Shown here one piece after another: positions 29,601-36,740 of a stretch of 36,740 bases of DNA. The DNA is from Bacilli bacterium (GTDB lineage: Bacteria > Bacillota_I > Bacilli_A > RFN20 > CAG-826). Location: positions 1,464 to 38,203 of the forward strand of contig JBBAWZ010000006.1 in the NCBI GenBank assembly GCA_040396875.1, in the 5' to 3' direction. The stretch's first letter is position 1. Every line of letters starts with the position of its first letter. The position numbers and the translations under genes are program-made. The notes beneath the pieces were generated by a model that was not told the origin of the DNA, ran no database searches, and saw only the letters and a list, made by a program, of their open reading frames with translations.

Positions 29601-30518
29601 ATCGGTGAAGCCGTTGGTATTATGGCTGCGCAATCCATTGGTGAACCAGGTACGCAGTTAACGATGAGAACGTTCCACGAAGGTGGTGTTGCAGGCCGTA
29701 ACATTACGGACGGTTTACCACGTGTTGGCGAAATCTTTGAAGCCCGTCGTCCAAAAGGTGAAGCTGTCATTGCCTCCATCAGTGGTAAGGTCAGTAACAT
29801 CGAAGACAATAACGGTCGCTATAAAGTGACAATCACCAATGAATTAGAAACACAATCCTTTGATACCCCATTTGGTTCTAGACTCCGTATTAAGACTGGT
29901 GACAAAATTTCTGCTGGAGCTAAAATTTCTGAAGGTGCCATTTATCCAAAAGATCTCCTAAAATTTGCCGATATGAACGCTGTGCAAAAATACATTATTA
30001 AAGAAGTTCAAAAAGTGTATCAATCGAACGGTGCAAGTATTGCAGATAAACACATTGAAGTGATCATTCGTCAAATGACCCGTAAGGTTCTCATTATCGA
30101 TGGCGGTGATACCGATATGTTAACGGGTTCAAAAGTGGACATTACCACCTTTACCGAAAAGAACGAAATCGCATTATTATCTGGTAAAAATCCAGCAGTT
30201 GCGATGCCACGTTTATTAGGGATTACAAAAGCTTCACTTGAAACTGAATCCTTCCTCTCCGCTGCATCTTTCCAAGAAACAACCAAGGTGTTAACCGATG
30301 CTGCCATTAAAGGCAAAACGGATATTCTCCACGGTTTGAAAGAAAACGTCATTACCGGTAAATTAATTCCAGCCGGTCGAGGTTTACTCGATGATGCTGC
30401 TAAAAAAACCACCGCAGAAAACTTCTCAGTGGAACAATCTATGCGTCAAATTCGCGCCAACTATCGTTCGAATGACGAACAATATTTGGAAAAATTTGAA
30501 GACTTTCTCGAAGATTAA
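26634..30518 (+). CDS. rpoC: RNA polymerase beta' subunit
   Basis: Zn finger, [46 protein letters not shown]. Confidence 0.99.
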   Translation: MVDINKISKIRVGLASPETIRKWSHGEVMKPETINYRSQKPEMQGLFCEKIFGPSKDYECHCGKYKKQRYVGVVCEKCGVEVMTKDARRERMGHIELATPCAHIWYVKGIPSRTALVLDINAKQLEELVYLVGSTLICLNPGQSKILKYRQVIDEKTGRVDFVSVIKEFQGRLEGYEAARAEELVNRLENRSEPINFEVVTAFIQKHLGAEFGEGAEAIKRLLKEIDLEKEFQAINKEMVNAPTQRRNKLIKRLELIDSFRLSNNRPEWMILDVLPVIPPDLRPMLQLDGGRFATSDLNDLYRRLIARNRRLKNLINMNAPSTMLRNEKRMLQEAVDALIDNGRRGKPVLSSGGSGRELKSLSSALKGKQGRFRQNLLGKRVDYSGRSVIAVGPDLKMYQCGLPREMAIQLLKPFIASLLIDRGYANSHKQAEKKVDAYDEIVFDILEEIISFHPVLLNRAPTLHRLGIQAFQPKLVEGRAIRLHPLVTTGFNADFDGDQMAVHVPLSKAAQEEAVNLMLASNNILGPKDGLPIATPSQDMVIGNFYLTMENTKAWYEGKAAKARKAGDEISAEMYDAFAISEGKVFKDLSEVMMAYQTKQVHLHTRIAVPGAALKKINFTPMMNEGYLLTTVGKMIFNSIFPNDFPYINNKNTANFKADLEEYFVPKGTDIPKVIAKKPLLTPLGSKDLSAIIKEVFARYGTSRTSVILDKMKDQGFKYATVSGLTVALSDIVKLENKKEIIAEGDRRVEDITDQFNQGLLTDEERYNLVVQIWKEDVQKKIASSVLELMANKNDNPLNIIFNSGARGKASNFNQLIGYRGLMSKPNGKFIELPIRSSFREGLSISEFFIATHGARKVGADTALKTADSGYLTRKLVDVSQDVIIREADCGTDHGTNVYDIRDTSRDTIITPLQSRLIGRFTVRDVIHPKTKDVVVAGNHLMDERDAKKIVDAGVTDVEIRSVLGCESKGGICQKCYGRHLATGKLVEIGEAVGIMAAQSIGEPGTQLTMRTFHEGGVAGRNITDGLPRVGEIFEARRPKGEAVIASISGKVSNIEDNNGRYKVTITNELETQSFDTPFGSRLRIKTGDKISAGAKISEGAIYPKDLLKFADMNAVQKYIIKEVQKVYQSNGASIADKHIEVIIRQMTRKVLIIDGGDTDMLTGSKVDITTFTEKNEIALLSGKNPAVAMPRLLGITKASLETESFLSAASFQETTKVLTDAAIKGKTDILHGLKENVITGKLIPAGRGLLDDAAKKTTAENFSVEQSMRQIRANYRSNDEQYLEKFEDFLED

Positions 30519-30536
30519 TTCTTAGAAAGTATCAAG

Positions 30537-30574
30537 AAGACGAGCGAGATCATCTCGCTCGTTTTTTATTTTTT
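30537..30574 (+). terminator. Intrinsic terminator after rpoC
   Basis: acgagcgaga-tca-tctcgctcgt followed by a long T tract. Confidence 0.9.
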
Positions 30575-30582
30575 GTTATGAT
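30574..30582 (+). promoter_or_regulatory. Extended -10 promoter for the peptidase (probably leaderless)
   Basis: TGtTATGAT-gaagtt-ATG(30589); no SD. Confidence 0.65.
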
Positions 30583-30588
30583 GAAGTT

Positions 30589-32103
30589 ATGCTCAAAAGA
30601 ATCTTAACGTTTGTTTATTTGCCCACGCTCAGTTTATTTGCAATAATCTCCACCATGCAAACAACCTTTTTGACGGGTCCTACTTATCGCGATGTGAGAA
30701 TTCGCGAAGGTTATACAACGGTGATGCCGACGACGGGTGATGTCAATATGCTTGTGATTCCGATTAATTTTTCTGATGCCAGTTGTCAGTTGATTCTTGA
30801 AGGTTGTCAGCAAACCAAAATCAATATTGAACAAGCCTTTTTTGGTGATGCTGAAACAATGCGATGGCATTCTGTTTCCTCTTATTATCAAGCTTCGAGT
30901 TATGGGCAATTAAATATCGATGGCATGGTGACGGATTGGTATACCCCATCGATCACAGCAGTTGCCTTGTCTGAAAATCGTGGGTTATTGGGTAGCCAAG
31001 TGATACAACCTGCGATTGAACAATTTAAATCACAATTTCCAAATGATGTGGTTTCTTATGACCAAGACCGAGATGGTTTTCTGGATGCTGTTTATTTTAT
31101 TTATTCATTACCATTTGATCCTGAAGATGAAATTTATGGAGAGGATAAGGATGTTTTTTGGGCGTTTGTCGCCTATCAGGGTGGTCAGGCTAATGTCACC
31201 AATCCTAACTTATTTCATTATGGTTGGAGTAGTTATCAATTTATGTATGAAGATGGAACTTATCAACGGAGTGATAATGGAAAAGTGATATGGGATGATG
31301 AAAACGAACCGATCTTTCATGTTCATCTCGATGCATTTGACCAACGGCAAGTTGATGCGCATGTGTTCATTCACGAGGTTGGTCATTTACTGGGATTACA
31401 AGATTATTATAGTTACGATCGTGAAGCAGGCGATTGGGGACCAGCTGGTGCTTTGGACATGATGGACTTTAATATTGGTGATCATAATGGTTTTTCAAAA
31501 ATGGCCTTAGGCTGGGTTGAACCTTATGTTGCGAATACTCAATTTCAATCGTTAGTGTTACCGGCATTATCACAATCTGCAAAGGTGTTGATTTTACCAA
31601 AATTGAATTTGACGACGATGATGGATGAATATATTTTAGTTGAGTTTTATCAACCCACGGGTTTGAATCAAAAAGATAGTCAAGAATCCTATGCGGGTCG
31701 CTATCCAAGAATGTTTACCCAAGCAGGAGTTAAGATTTATCATATTGATGCTAGAATTGCTCAACTGAGTGTGACGTCTCAAGGTCTTCAGTTAGATGGT
31801 TTTGTGACAGCGATGCAGCCCACTGGTTATCGCTATCAAATCGCCCATAATAATACAGTATCTAGAAACGCTATTGGTACGAATCCAAATCATAAATTGA
31901 TTCACTTGTTAGAAGCATCTGGACTGAATACCTTCCGCCATGGTGGATTTGCCACCAATGCCAGCTTATTTCAAAATGGCATGGTATTTAACGCAGATTC
32001 GAATCCCTTTTTGATGCATGATGGCACGCGATTACCCTGGGAGTTAACGATTGGTCAGATGGGCCAATCTGGTGTGCAATTAAACTGGCGATTTGTGAAT
32101 TAA
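30589..32103 (+). CDS. Secreted or membrane-anchored metzincin metallopeptidase, M6 (immune inhibitor A)-like
   Basis: N-terminal hydrophobic signal, LVIPINFSD, SV..YY..SSYG, D.D.DG..D, HEVGHLLGLQD (31372-31404), Met-turn LDMMD, K..LGW. Confidence 0.85.
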   Translation: MLKRILTFVYLPTLSLFAIISTMQTTFLTGPTYRDVRIREGYTTVMPTTGDVNMLVIPINFSDASCQLILEGCQQTKINIEQAFFGDAETMRWHSVSSYYQASSYGQLNIDGMVTDWYTPSITAVALSENRGLLGSQVIQPAIEQFKSQFPNDVVSYDQDRDGFLDAVYFIYSLPFDPEDEIYGEDKDVFWAFVAYQGGQANVTNPNLFHYGWSSYQFMYEDGTYQRSDNGKVIWDDENEPIFHVHLDAFDQRQVDAHVFIHEVGHLLGLQDYYSYDREAGDWGPAGALDMMDFNIGDHNGFSKMALGWVEPYVANTQFQSLVLPALSQSAKVLILPKLNLTTMMDEYILVEFYQPTGLNQKDSQESYAGRYPRMFTQAGVKIYHIDARIAQLSVTSQGLQLDGFVTAMQPTGYRYQIAHNNTVSRNAIGTNPNHKLIHLLEASGLNTFRHGGFATNASLFQNGMVFNADSNPFLMHDGTRLPWELTIGQMGQSGVQLNWRFVN

Positions 32104-32111
32104 GAAAACCC

Positions 32112-32140
32112 TTGCAAATTCAAGGATCCATTTATATAAT
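32112..32140 (+). promoter_or_regulatory. SigA promoter for the str operon
   Basis: TTGCAA-17 bp-TATAAT. Confidence 0.82.
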
Positions 32141-32145
32141 CTTCT

Positions 32146-32220
32146 CGTGCCTATGGAATGACCTGAAAAGGTCTTTTTTAAAGTAGGTGCTTGATACACC
32201 CGGTATTGTGAAACAATACC
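32146..32220 (+). promoter_or_regulatory. Structured rpsL 5' leader
   Basis: Hairpins gacct-gaaa-aggtc and ggtattgt-gaa-acaatacc, plus possible gtgcctat/gtaggtgc pairing. Confidence 0.5.
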
Positions 32221-32235
32221 TTAAAAGGAGAAAAT

Positions 32236-32703
32236 ATGCCAACCATTCGCCAACTCGTTCGAAAAGGTCGTCAAAACCCTTTCTACAAATCGAAGTCACC
32301 AGCATTAGGAAAACGTTGGAACTCATTGACCAAGCGTACGGTCAACCAAGCTTCTGCTCAAAAACGTGGTGTTTGCACCCGTGTTGGAACGATGACCCCT
32401 AAGAAACCAAACTCTGCGTTAAGAAAATACGCACGTGTCCGTTTATCCAATGGATATGAAGTCACTGCTTATATTGGTGGTGAAGGTCATAACTTACAAG
32501 AACACAGCACCGTGTTAATTCGTGGTGGTCGTGTCCCAGATTTACCAGGTGTTCGTTATCACATCGTCCGTGGTACGTTAGATACTGCTGGTATTGAAAA
32601 GCGTCGTCAAGGCCGTAGTCAATACGGAACTAAGAGACCTAAAGCAGGTGGAAGTGCTGCTGCCGCTGCGGCCCCTGCTGCTAAACCAGCTGCTGCTAAG
32701 TAA
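32236..32703 (+). CDS. rpsL: 30S ribosomal protein S12
   Basis: [34 protein letters not shown]; Bacilli-type N-terminal insertion. Confidence 0.98.
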   Translation: MPTIRQLVRKGRQNPFYKSKSPALGKRWNSLTKRTVNQASAQKRGVCTRVGTMTPKKPNSALRKYARVRLSNGYEVTAYIGGEGHNLQEHSTVLIRGGRVPDLPGVRYHIVRGTLDTAGIEKRRQGRSQYGTKRPKAGGSAAAAAAPAAKPAAAK

Positions 32704-32726
32704 TTAAGAAAGAGAAGGAACTATTC

Positions 32727-33197
32727 ATGCCACGTAAAGGTCAAGTCGCAAAACGCGACGTCTTACCAGATCCAATTCATAATTCCAAGCTTGTCACACG
32801 ATTGATTAATAAAATCATGATCGATGGCAAACGCGGAATTGCTCAAAACATTTTATACAAAGCTTTCAAGAAAATTGAAGAAAAATCTGGCAAACCTTCG
32901 ATGGATGTCTTCGCAACTGCGATGGACAATATCATGCCTGAAGTTGAATTAAAAACCCGCCGTGTTGGTGCCTCTAACTATCAAGTCCCAGTGGAAGTCA
33001 GCGGACAACGCAAAACCACTTTAGGATTACGTTGGTTAGTCTCTTATGCAAGATTAAGAAACGAAAAAACAATGGAAGATAAATTAGCTGGTGAAATCAT
33101 TGATGCCGCAAATAATTCTGGTGCATCTGTGAAGAAACGCGAAGACGTCATTAAGATGGCCGAAGCGAACAAAGCTTACGCCCACTATAAGTGGTAG
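32727..33197 (+). CDS. rpsG: 30S ribosomal protein S7
   Basis: [29 protein letters not shown]. Confidence 0.98.
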   Translation: MPRKGQVAKRDVLPDPIHNSKLVTRLINKIMIDGKRGIAQNILYKAFKKIEEKSGKPSMDVFATAMDNIMPEVELKTRRVGASNYQVPVEVSGQRKTTLGLRWLVSYARLRNEKTMEDKLAGEIIDAANNSGASVKKREDVIKMAEANKAYAHYKW

Positions 33198-33206
33198 GAG
33201 GAGACT

Positions 33207-35291
33207 ATGCCTAAACGCGAATACGACTTTGCTCATACGCGCAATATTGGGATCATGGCCCATATTGACGCAGGTAAAACAACCACAACCGAACGAATTC
33301 TTTATTTCACTGGTAAGATTCATAAAATCGGTGAAGTTCACGATGGTTCTGCAACGATGGACTGGATGATCCAAGAACAAGAACGTGGTATCACCATTAC
33401 TTCCGCTGCTACGACTGCCTTTTGGAAAGGTTATCGCATTAACATTATTGATACTCCTGGACACGTTGACTTTACCATTGAAGTTGAACGTTCTCTCCGT
33501 GTATTAGATGGTGCTGTCACCTTATTAGATGGTAAAAACGGTGTTGAACCTCAAACAGAAACTGTTTGGCGTCAAGGTACAAAGTACGGTGTTCCTCGTG
33601 TTGTTTTTGCAAATAAAATGGATGCGATTGGTGCCGACTTTGATATGTGTATCGAAACGTTACATACTCGCTTAGCGGCGAATGCTGAAGCCATCCAATA
33701 TCCAATTGGCTTAGAAAGTAATTTCAAAGGCATTATCGATTTGATTGAACAAAAAGCTTGGATGTATTCTGAAAATAAAGATGATGCTCCAAAAGAAGCA
33801 CCAATTCCAGAACAATACAAAGATAAAGTTAAAAAATTAAGAGCTAAACTCCTTGAAGCAATTGCTGGTTTTGATGATGATCTCATGGTCAAAGTCTTAG
33901 ATGGCGTTGAACCAAGTGTCAGTGAAATTAAAAAAGTCATTCGTAAAGGGGTCTTGCAAGGACAATTCTTTCCAGTCCTTTGCGGCGCATCCTATAAAAA
34001 TAAAGGGATTCACCAATTATTGGATGCGGTTATTGATTTCTTACCTTCACCAACTGATATTGAAAACGCTGAAGCAACATTACCCAATGGTGAAAAGTTT
34101 AACGTTGTACCAAATGATGATAAACCTGTTGCTGCCCTCGCTTTCAAAATCGCCACTGACCCATTCGTTGGTCGATTATCTTATGTTCGTATTTACACCG
34201 GCACTTTAAAAGCTGGTTCTTATTTAATCAACACCACCAAAGGCGTTAAAGAACGTATTGGTCGAGTTGTGTTAATGCACGCGAACCACCGCGAAGAAGT
34301 TGATGAACTCCACGCTGGTGATATTGGCGCTGTCGTCGGCTTAAAAGGCACCACCACAGGTGATACCTTATGCGATGAAAAATTTGAATTACTCTTAGAA
34401 AAAATGGAATTCCCTGCACCTGTTATTGAACAAGCAGTCGAACCAAAGACTAAAGCTGACCAAGAAAAAATGTCAATTTCATTAATGAAATTAGCAGAAG
34501 AAGATCCAACGTTCCGTGTTTCTACCAATGGTGAAACTGGTCAAACGATTATTGCTGGTGTTGGTGAACTTCACCTCGATATTATTGTGGACCGCTTACG
34601 CCGTGAATTTAATGTCAACGTCAACGTTGGTGCCCCACAAGTTGGTTATCGTGAAACGATTCGTGGCGCCGCTGAATGCGAAGGAAAATATATTCGTCAG
34701 TCCGGTGGTCGTGGTCAATATGGACACGTGTGGATTCGCTTTGAACCAAATCCAGGTAAAGGTTTTGAATTCGTCGATGCCGTTGTTGGTGGATCTGTTC
34801 CACGTGAATTTATTAAACCAACCATGGAAGGTTTAAAAGATGCCTTGCAACGCGGTATGGTTGCTGGCTATCCAGTAATTGACTTAAAGGCAACTTTATT
34901 TGATGGTTCTTACCACGATGTTGACTCTGCGGAAGGTGCTTACCGAATTGCTGCTAGTATGGCTTTAAGAGAAGCAGCAAAACGTTGCTTACCCGTTATT
35001 CTTGAACCGATTATGAAAATTGAAGTGACGGTTCCAGAACAATATTATGGTGACGTGGTTGGTGATATCGCTAGACGCCGTGGTCAAATGACGGGTGACT
35101 CTCAAAGAGGTAATGCCAAAGTTGTGGAAGCTGAAGTTCCGCTCGCACAAATGTTTGGTTACGTTACCGATTTACGATCCTTCACGCAAGGTCGCGGAAA
35201 CTATACGATGCAATTTGATCACTATGGCGAAACTCCACGCTTTGTTGCGGAAGAAATTATTAAAAAGCATGGCGTTAAAGCTGAGAAATAG
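33207..35291 (+). CDS. fusA: Elongation factor G
   Basis: [36 protein letters not shown]. Confidence 0.99.
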   Translation: MPKREYDFAHTRNIGIMAHIDAGKTTTTERILYFTGKIHKIGEVHDGSATMDWMIQEQERGITITSAATTAFWKGYRINIIDTPGHVDFTIEVERSLRVLDGAVTLLDGKNGVEPQTETVWRQGTKYGVPRVVFANKMDAIGADFDMCIETLHTRLAANAEAIQYPIGLESNFKGIIDLIEQKAWMYSENKDDAPKEAPIPEQYKDKVKKLRAKLLEAIAGFDDDLMVKVLDGVEPSVSEIKKVIRKGVLQGQFFPVLCGASYKNKGIHQLLDAVIDFLPSPTDIENAEATLPNGEKFNVVPNDDKPVAALAFKIATDPFVGRLSYVRIYTGTLKAGSYLINTTKGVKERIGRVVLMHANHREEVDELHAGDIGAVVGLKGTTTGDTLCDEKFELLLEKMEFPAPVIEQAVEPKTKADQEKMSISLMKLAEEDPTFRVSTNGETGQTIIAGVGELHLDIIVDRLRREFNVNVNVGAPQVGYRETIRGAAECEGKYIRQSGGRGQYGHVWIRFEPNPGKGFEFVDAVVGGSVPREFIKPTMEGLKDALQRGMVAGYPVIDLKATLFDGSYHDVDSAEGAYRIAASMALREAAKRCLPVILEPIMKIEVTVPEQYYGDVVGDIARRRGQMTGDSQRGNAKVVEAEVPLAQMFGYVTDLRSFTQGRGNYTMQFDHYGETPRFVAEEIIKKHGVKAEK

Positions 35292-35304
35292 TAAGCAAAT
35301 ATCA

Positions 35305-35333
35305 TTGATTTTCTAAAAGAAGTGCGTTAATAT
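35305..35333 (+). promoter_or_regulatory. Internal SigA promoter for tuf
   Basis: TTGATT-17 bp-TAATAT in the fusA-tuf spacer. Confidence 0.65.
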
Positions 35334-35378
35334 ATAAAAGTTAAATAACTAAAAAGTTATAAAAAAAGGAGAATGCTT

Positions 35379-36563
35379 ATGGCAAAAGAAAAGTTTGATC
35401 GGAGTAAAGTACACGTTAATATCGGGACCATCGGTCACGTTGACCATGGTAAAACCACGCTTACTGCAGCGATTACCACAGTGTTAGCAAAACAAGGTGG
35501 CGCAGTTGCAAAGAAGTATGATGAAATCGACGCAGCCCCAGAAGAAAAGGCTCGTGGTATCACCATTAACACTTCCCATATTGAATATTCAACCAAGAAC
35601 CGTCACTATGCTCACGTTGACTGCCCAGGACACGCTGACTATGTTAAGAACATGATCACCGGTGCTGCTCAAATGGACGGAGCGATTCTTGTTGTTGCTG
35701 CTAACGATGGCGTTATGGCACAAACGAAGGAACATATCCTACTTGCTCGTCAAGTTGGCGTTCCATTTATCGTTGTGTTCTTAAACAAAGTTGACTTAGT
35801 TGATGACAAAGAATTAGTGGATATTGTTGAAATGGATATCCGTGATACCTTAAGCAAATATGGTTACCCAGGTGACAAAATTCCTGTGATCCGTGGTGCT
35901 GCTGTGAAAGCTTTAAATGGTGATGTCACAGAAGGAAAAAATATTCTTAAATTAATGGAAGCCGTTGACACTTATATTCCTACACCAAAGCGTGAAAAAG
36001 ATAAGCCATTCTTAATCCCAGTTGAAGACGTTTTAACCATCACTGGTCGTGGAACGGTTGTAACTGGTCGTGTTGAACGTGGTACCTTAAAACTTAACGA
36101 TGAAGTTGAAATCGTCGGTATTCGTGACACCATCAAATCTGTTGTTACTGGTATCGAAATGTTCCGTAAACTTCTCGACGAAGCACAAGCTGGTGATAAC
36201 GTCGGCGTGCTCTTACGTGGTATCGTTCGTGAACAAGTTGAACGTGGACAAGTTGTTGCAAAACCTGGTTCCGTTACCCCACACACAAAGTTCTCTGCCA
36301 CTGCTTATATCTTAACCAAAGAAGAAGGTGGCCGTCATACTTCTTTCTTATCAAACTATCGTCCACAATTCTACTTCCGTACCACTGACATTACTGGCGT
36401 CATCGACTTACCAGCAGATGTGAAGATGGTTATGCCAGGTGATAACGTGACGTTCAATGTTGAACTCATTCACCCAGTCGCGATTGAAAAGGGAACAAAG
36501 TTCTCGATTCGTGAAGGTGGTCGTACCGTTGGTGCGGGAACCGTTAACGAAATCGTTAAGTAA
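35379..36563 (+). CDS. tuf: Elongation factor Tu
   Basis: [37 protein letters not shown]; ATG 35379 is 6 nt after AGGAGA. Confidence 0.99.
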   Translation: MAKEKFDRSKVHVNIGTIGHVDHGKTTLTAAITTVLAKQGGAVAKKYDEIDAAPEEKARGITINTSHIEYSTKNRHYAHVDCPGHADYVKNMITGAAQMDGAILVVAANDGVMAQTKEHILLARQVGVPFIVVFLNKVDLVDDKELVDIVEMDIRDTLSKYGYPGDKIPVIRGAAVKALNGDVTEGKNILKLMEAVDTYIPTPKREKDKPFLIPVEDVLTITGRGTVVTGRVERGTLKLNDEVEIVGIRDTIKSVVTGIEMFRKLLDEAQAGDNVGVLLRGIVREQVERGQVVAKPGSVTPHTKFSATAYILTKEEGGRHTSFLSNYRPQFYFRTTDITGVIDLPADVKMVMPGDNVTFNVELIHPVAIEKGTKFSIREGGRTVGAGTVNEIVK

Positions 36564-36584
36564 GCTTCTCATTCTTACGAATAT

Positions 36585-36612
36585 AAAAAGACCGATAAAT
36601 CGGTCTTTTTTT
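36585..36612 (+). terminator. Intrinsic terminator after tuf
   Basis: aaaaagaccga-taaa-tcggtcttttttt. Confidence 0.9.
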
Positions 36613-36613
36613 C

Positions 36614-36642
36614 TTGCAAATTCAAAGTGAATTCTTGATAAT
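36614..36642 (+). promoter_or_regulatory. SigA promoter for the RDD-like gene (probably leaderless)
   Basis: TTGCAA-17 bp-GATAAT-gaattt-ATG(36649). Confidence 0.65.
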
Positions 36643-36648
36643 GAATTT

Positions 36649-36740
36649 ATGAAAACAAATCCCTTTGCCGTTCCTGCCAATTTATTAAAACGTACGGGTG
36701 CTGCTGTGCTAGATTTATTTTTATGGTTAATCAGTAGTTT
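36649..36740 (+). CDS. RDD-family membrane protein, 3'-partial
   Basis: Hand-translated MKTNPFAVPANLLKRTGAAVLDLFLWLISS; the A...KR..A...D motif followed by a hydrophobic helix fits an RDD N-terminus. Only 30 codons are visible. Confidence 0.55.
   Translation, partial: MKTNPFAVPANLLKRTGAAVLDLFLWLISS

Noticed and set aside
32111-32123. 13-bp CTTGCAAATTCAA repeated at 36613-36625
   Set aside because: Both copies are -35 boxes plus AT-rich spacer; two copies are insufficient evidence for an operator or a mobile-element end.
96-36680. Many 60-150 aa antisense or alternate-frame ORFs in the track (e.g. 772-1200, 2158-2538, 18670-19122, 33572-33940)
   Set aside because: They overlap well-conserved genes, lack SD sites or recognisable motifs, and are expected shadows of biased codon usage.

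Overview
This is the core translation/transcription supercluster of a low-GC, Mollicutes-like member of the Bacilli that uses the standard genetic code (TGG=Trp; TGA appears only as the adk stop). It contains the distal spc-alpha operon (rplE to rplQ, no rpmD), cysS-mgtC-rlmB-sigH-rpmG-secE-nusG, rplK-rplA-rplJ-rplL-rsmC-rpoB-rpoC, and rpsL-rpsG-fusA-tuf. Accessory genes sit between these blocks: a HAD phosphatase, a divergent photoprotection module (C30-type carotenoid crtN-crtM versus a class II CPD photolyase placed directly upstream of cysS), a Ktr/Trk K+ uptake pair, a secreted M6-like metallopeptidase and a partial RDD-family gene. Notable points: (i) the carotenoid/photolyase divergon; (ii) four accessory genes share a -10 box exactly 6 nt before ATG with no Shine-Dalgarno, suggesting leaderless mRNAs; (iii) Ala/Pro/Lys-rich extensions on several ribosomal proteins and a strongly remodelled L17; (iv) natural substitutions at antibiotic-target residues (RpoB H526N, S12 K88P, L11 proline loop). 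No rRNA, tRNA, CRISPR or mobile element was seen. All calls come from reading motifs by eye; no searches were run.
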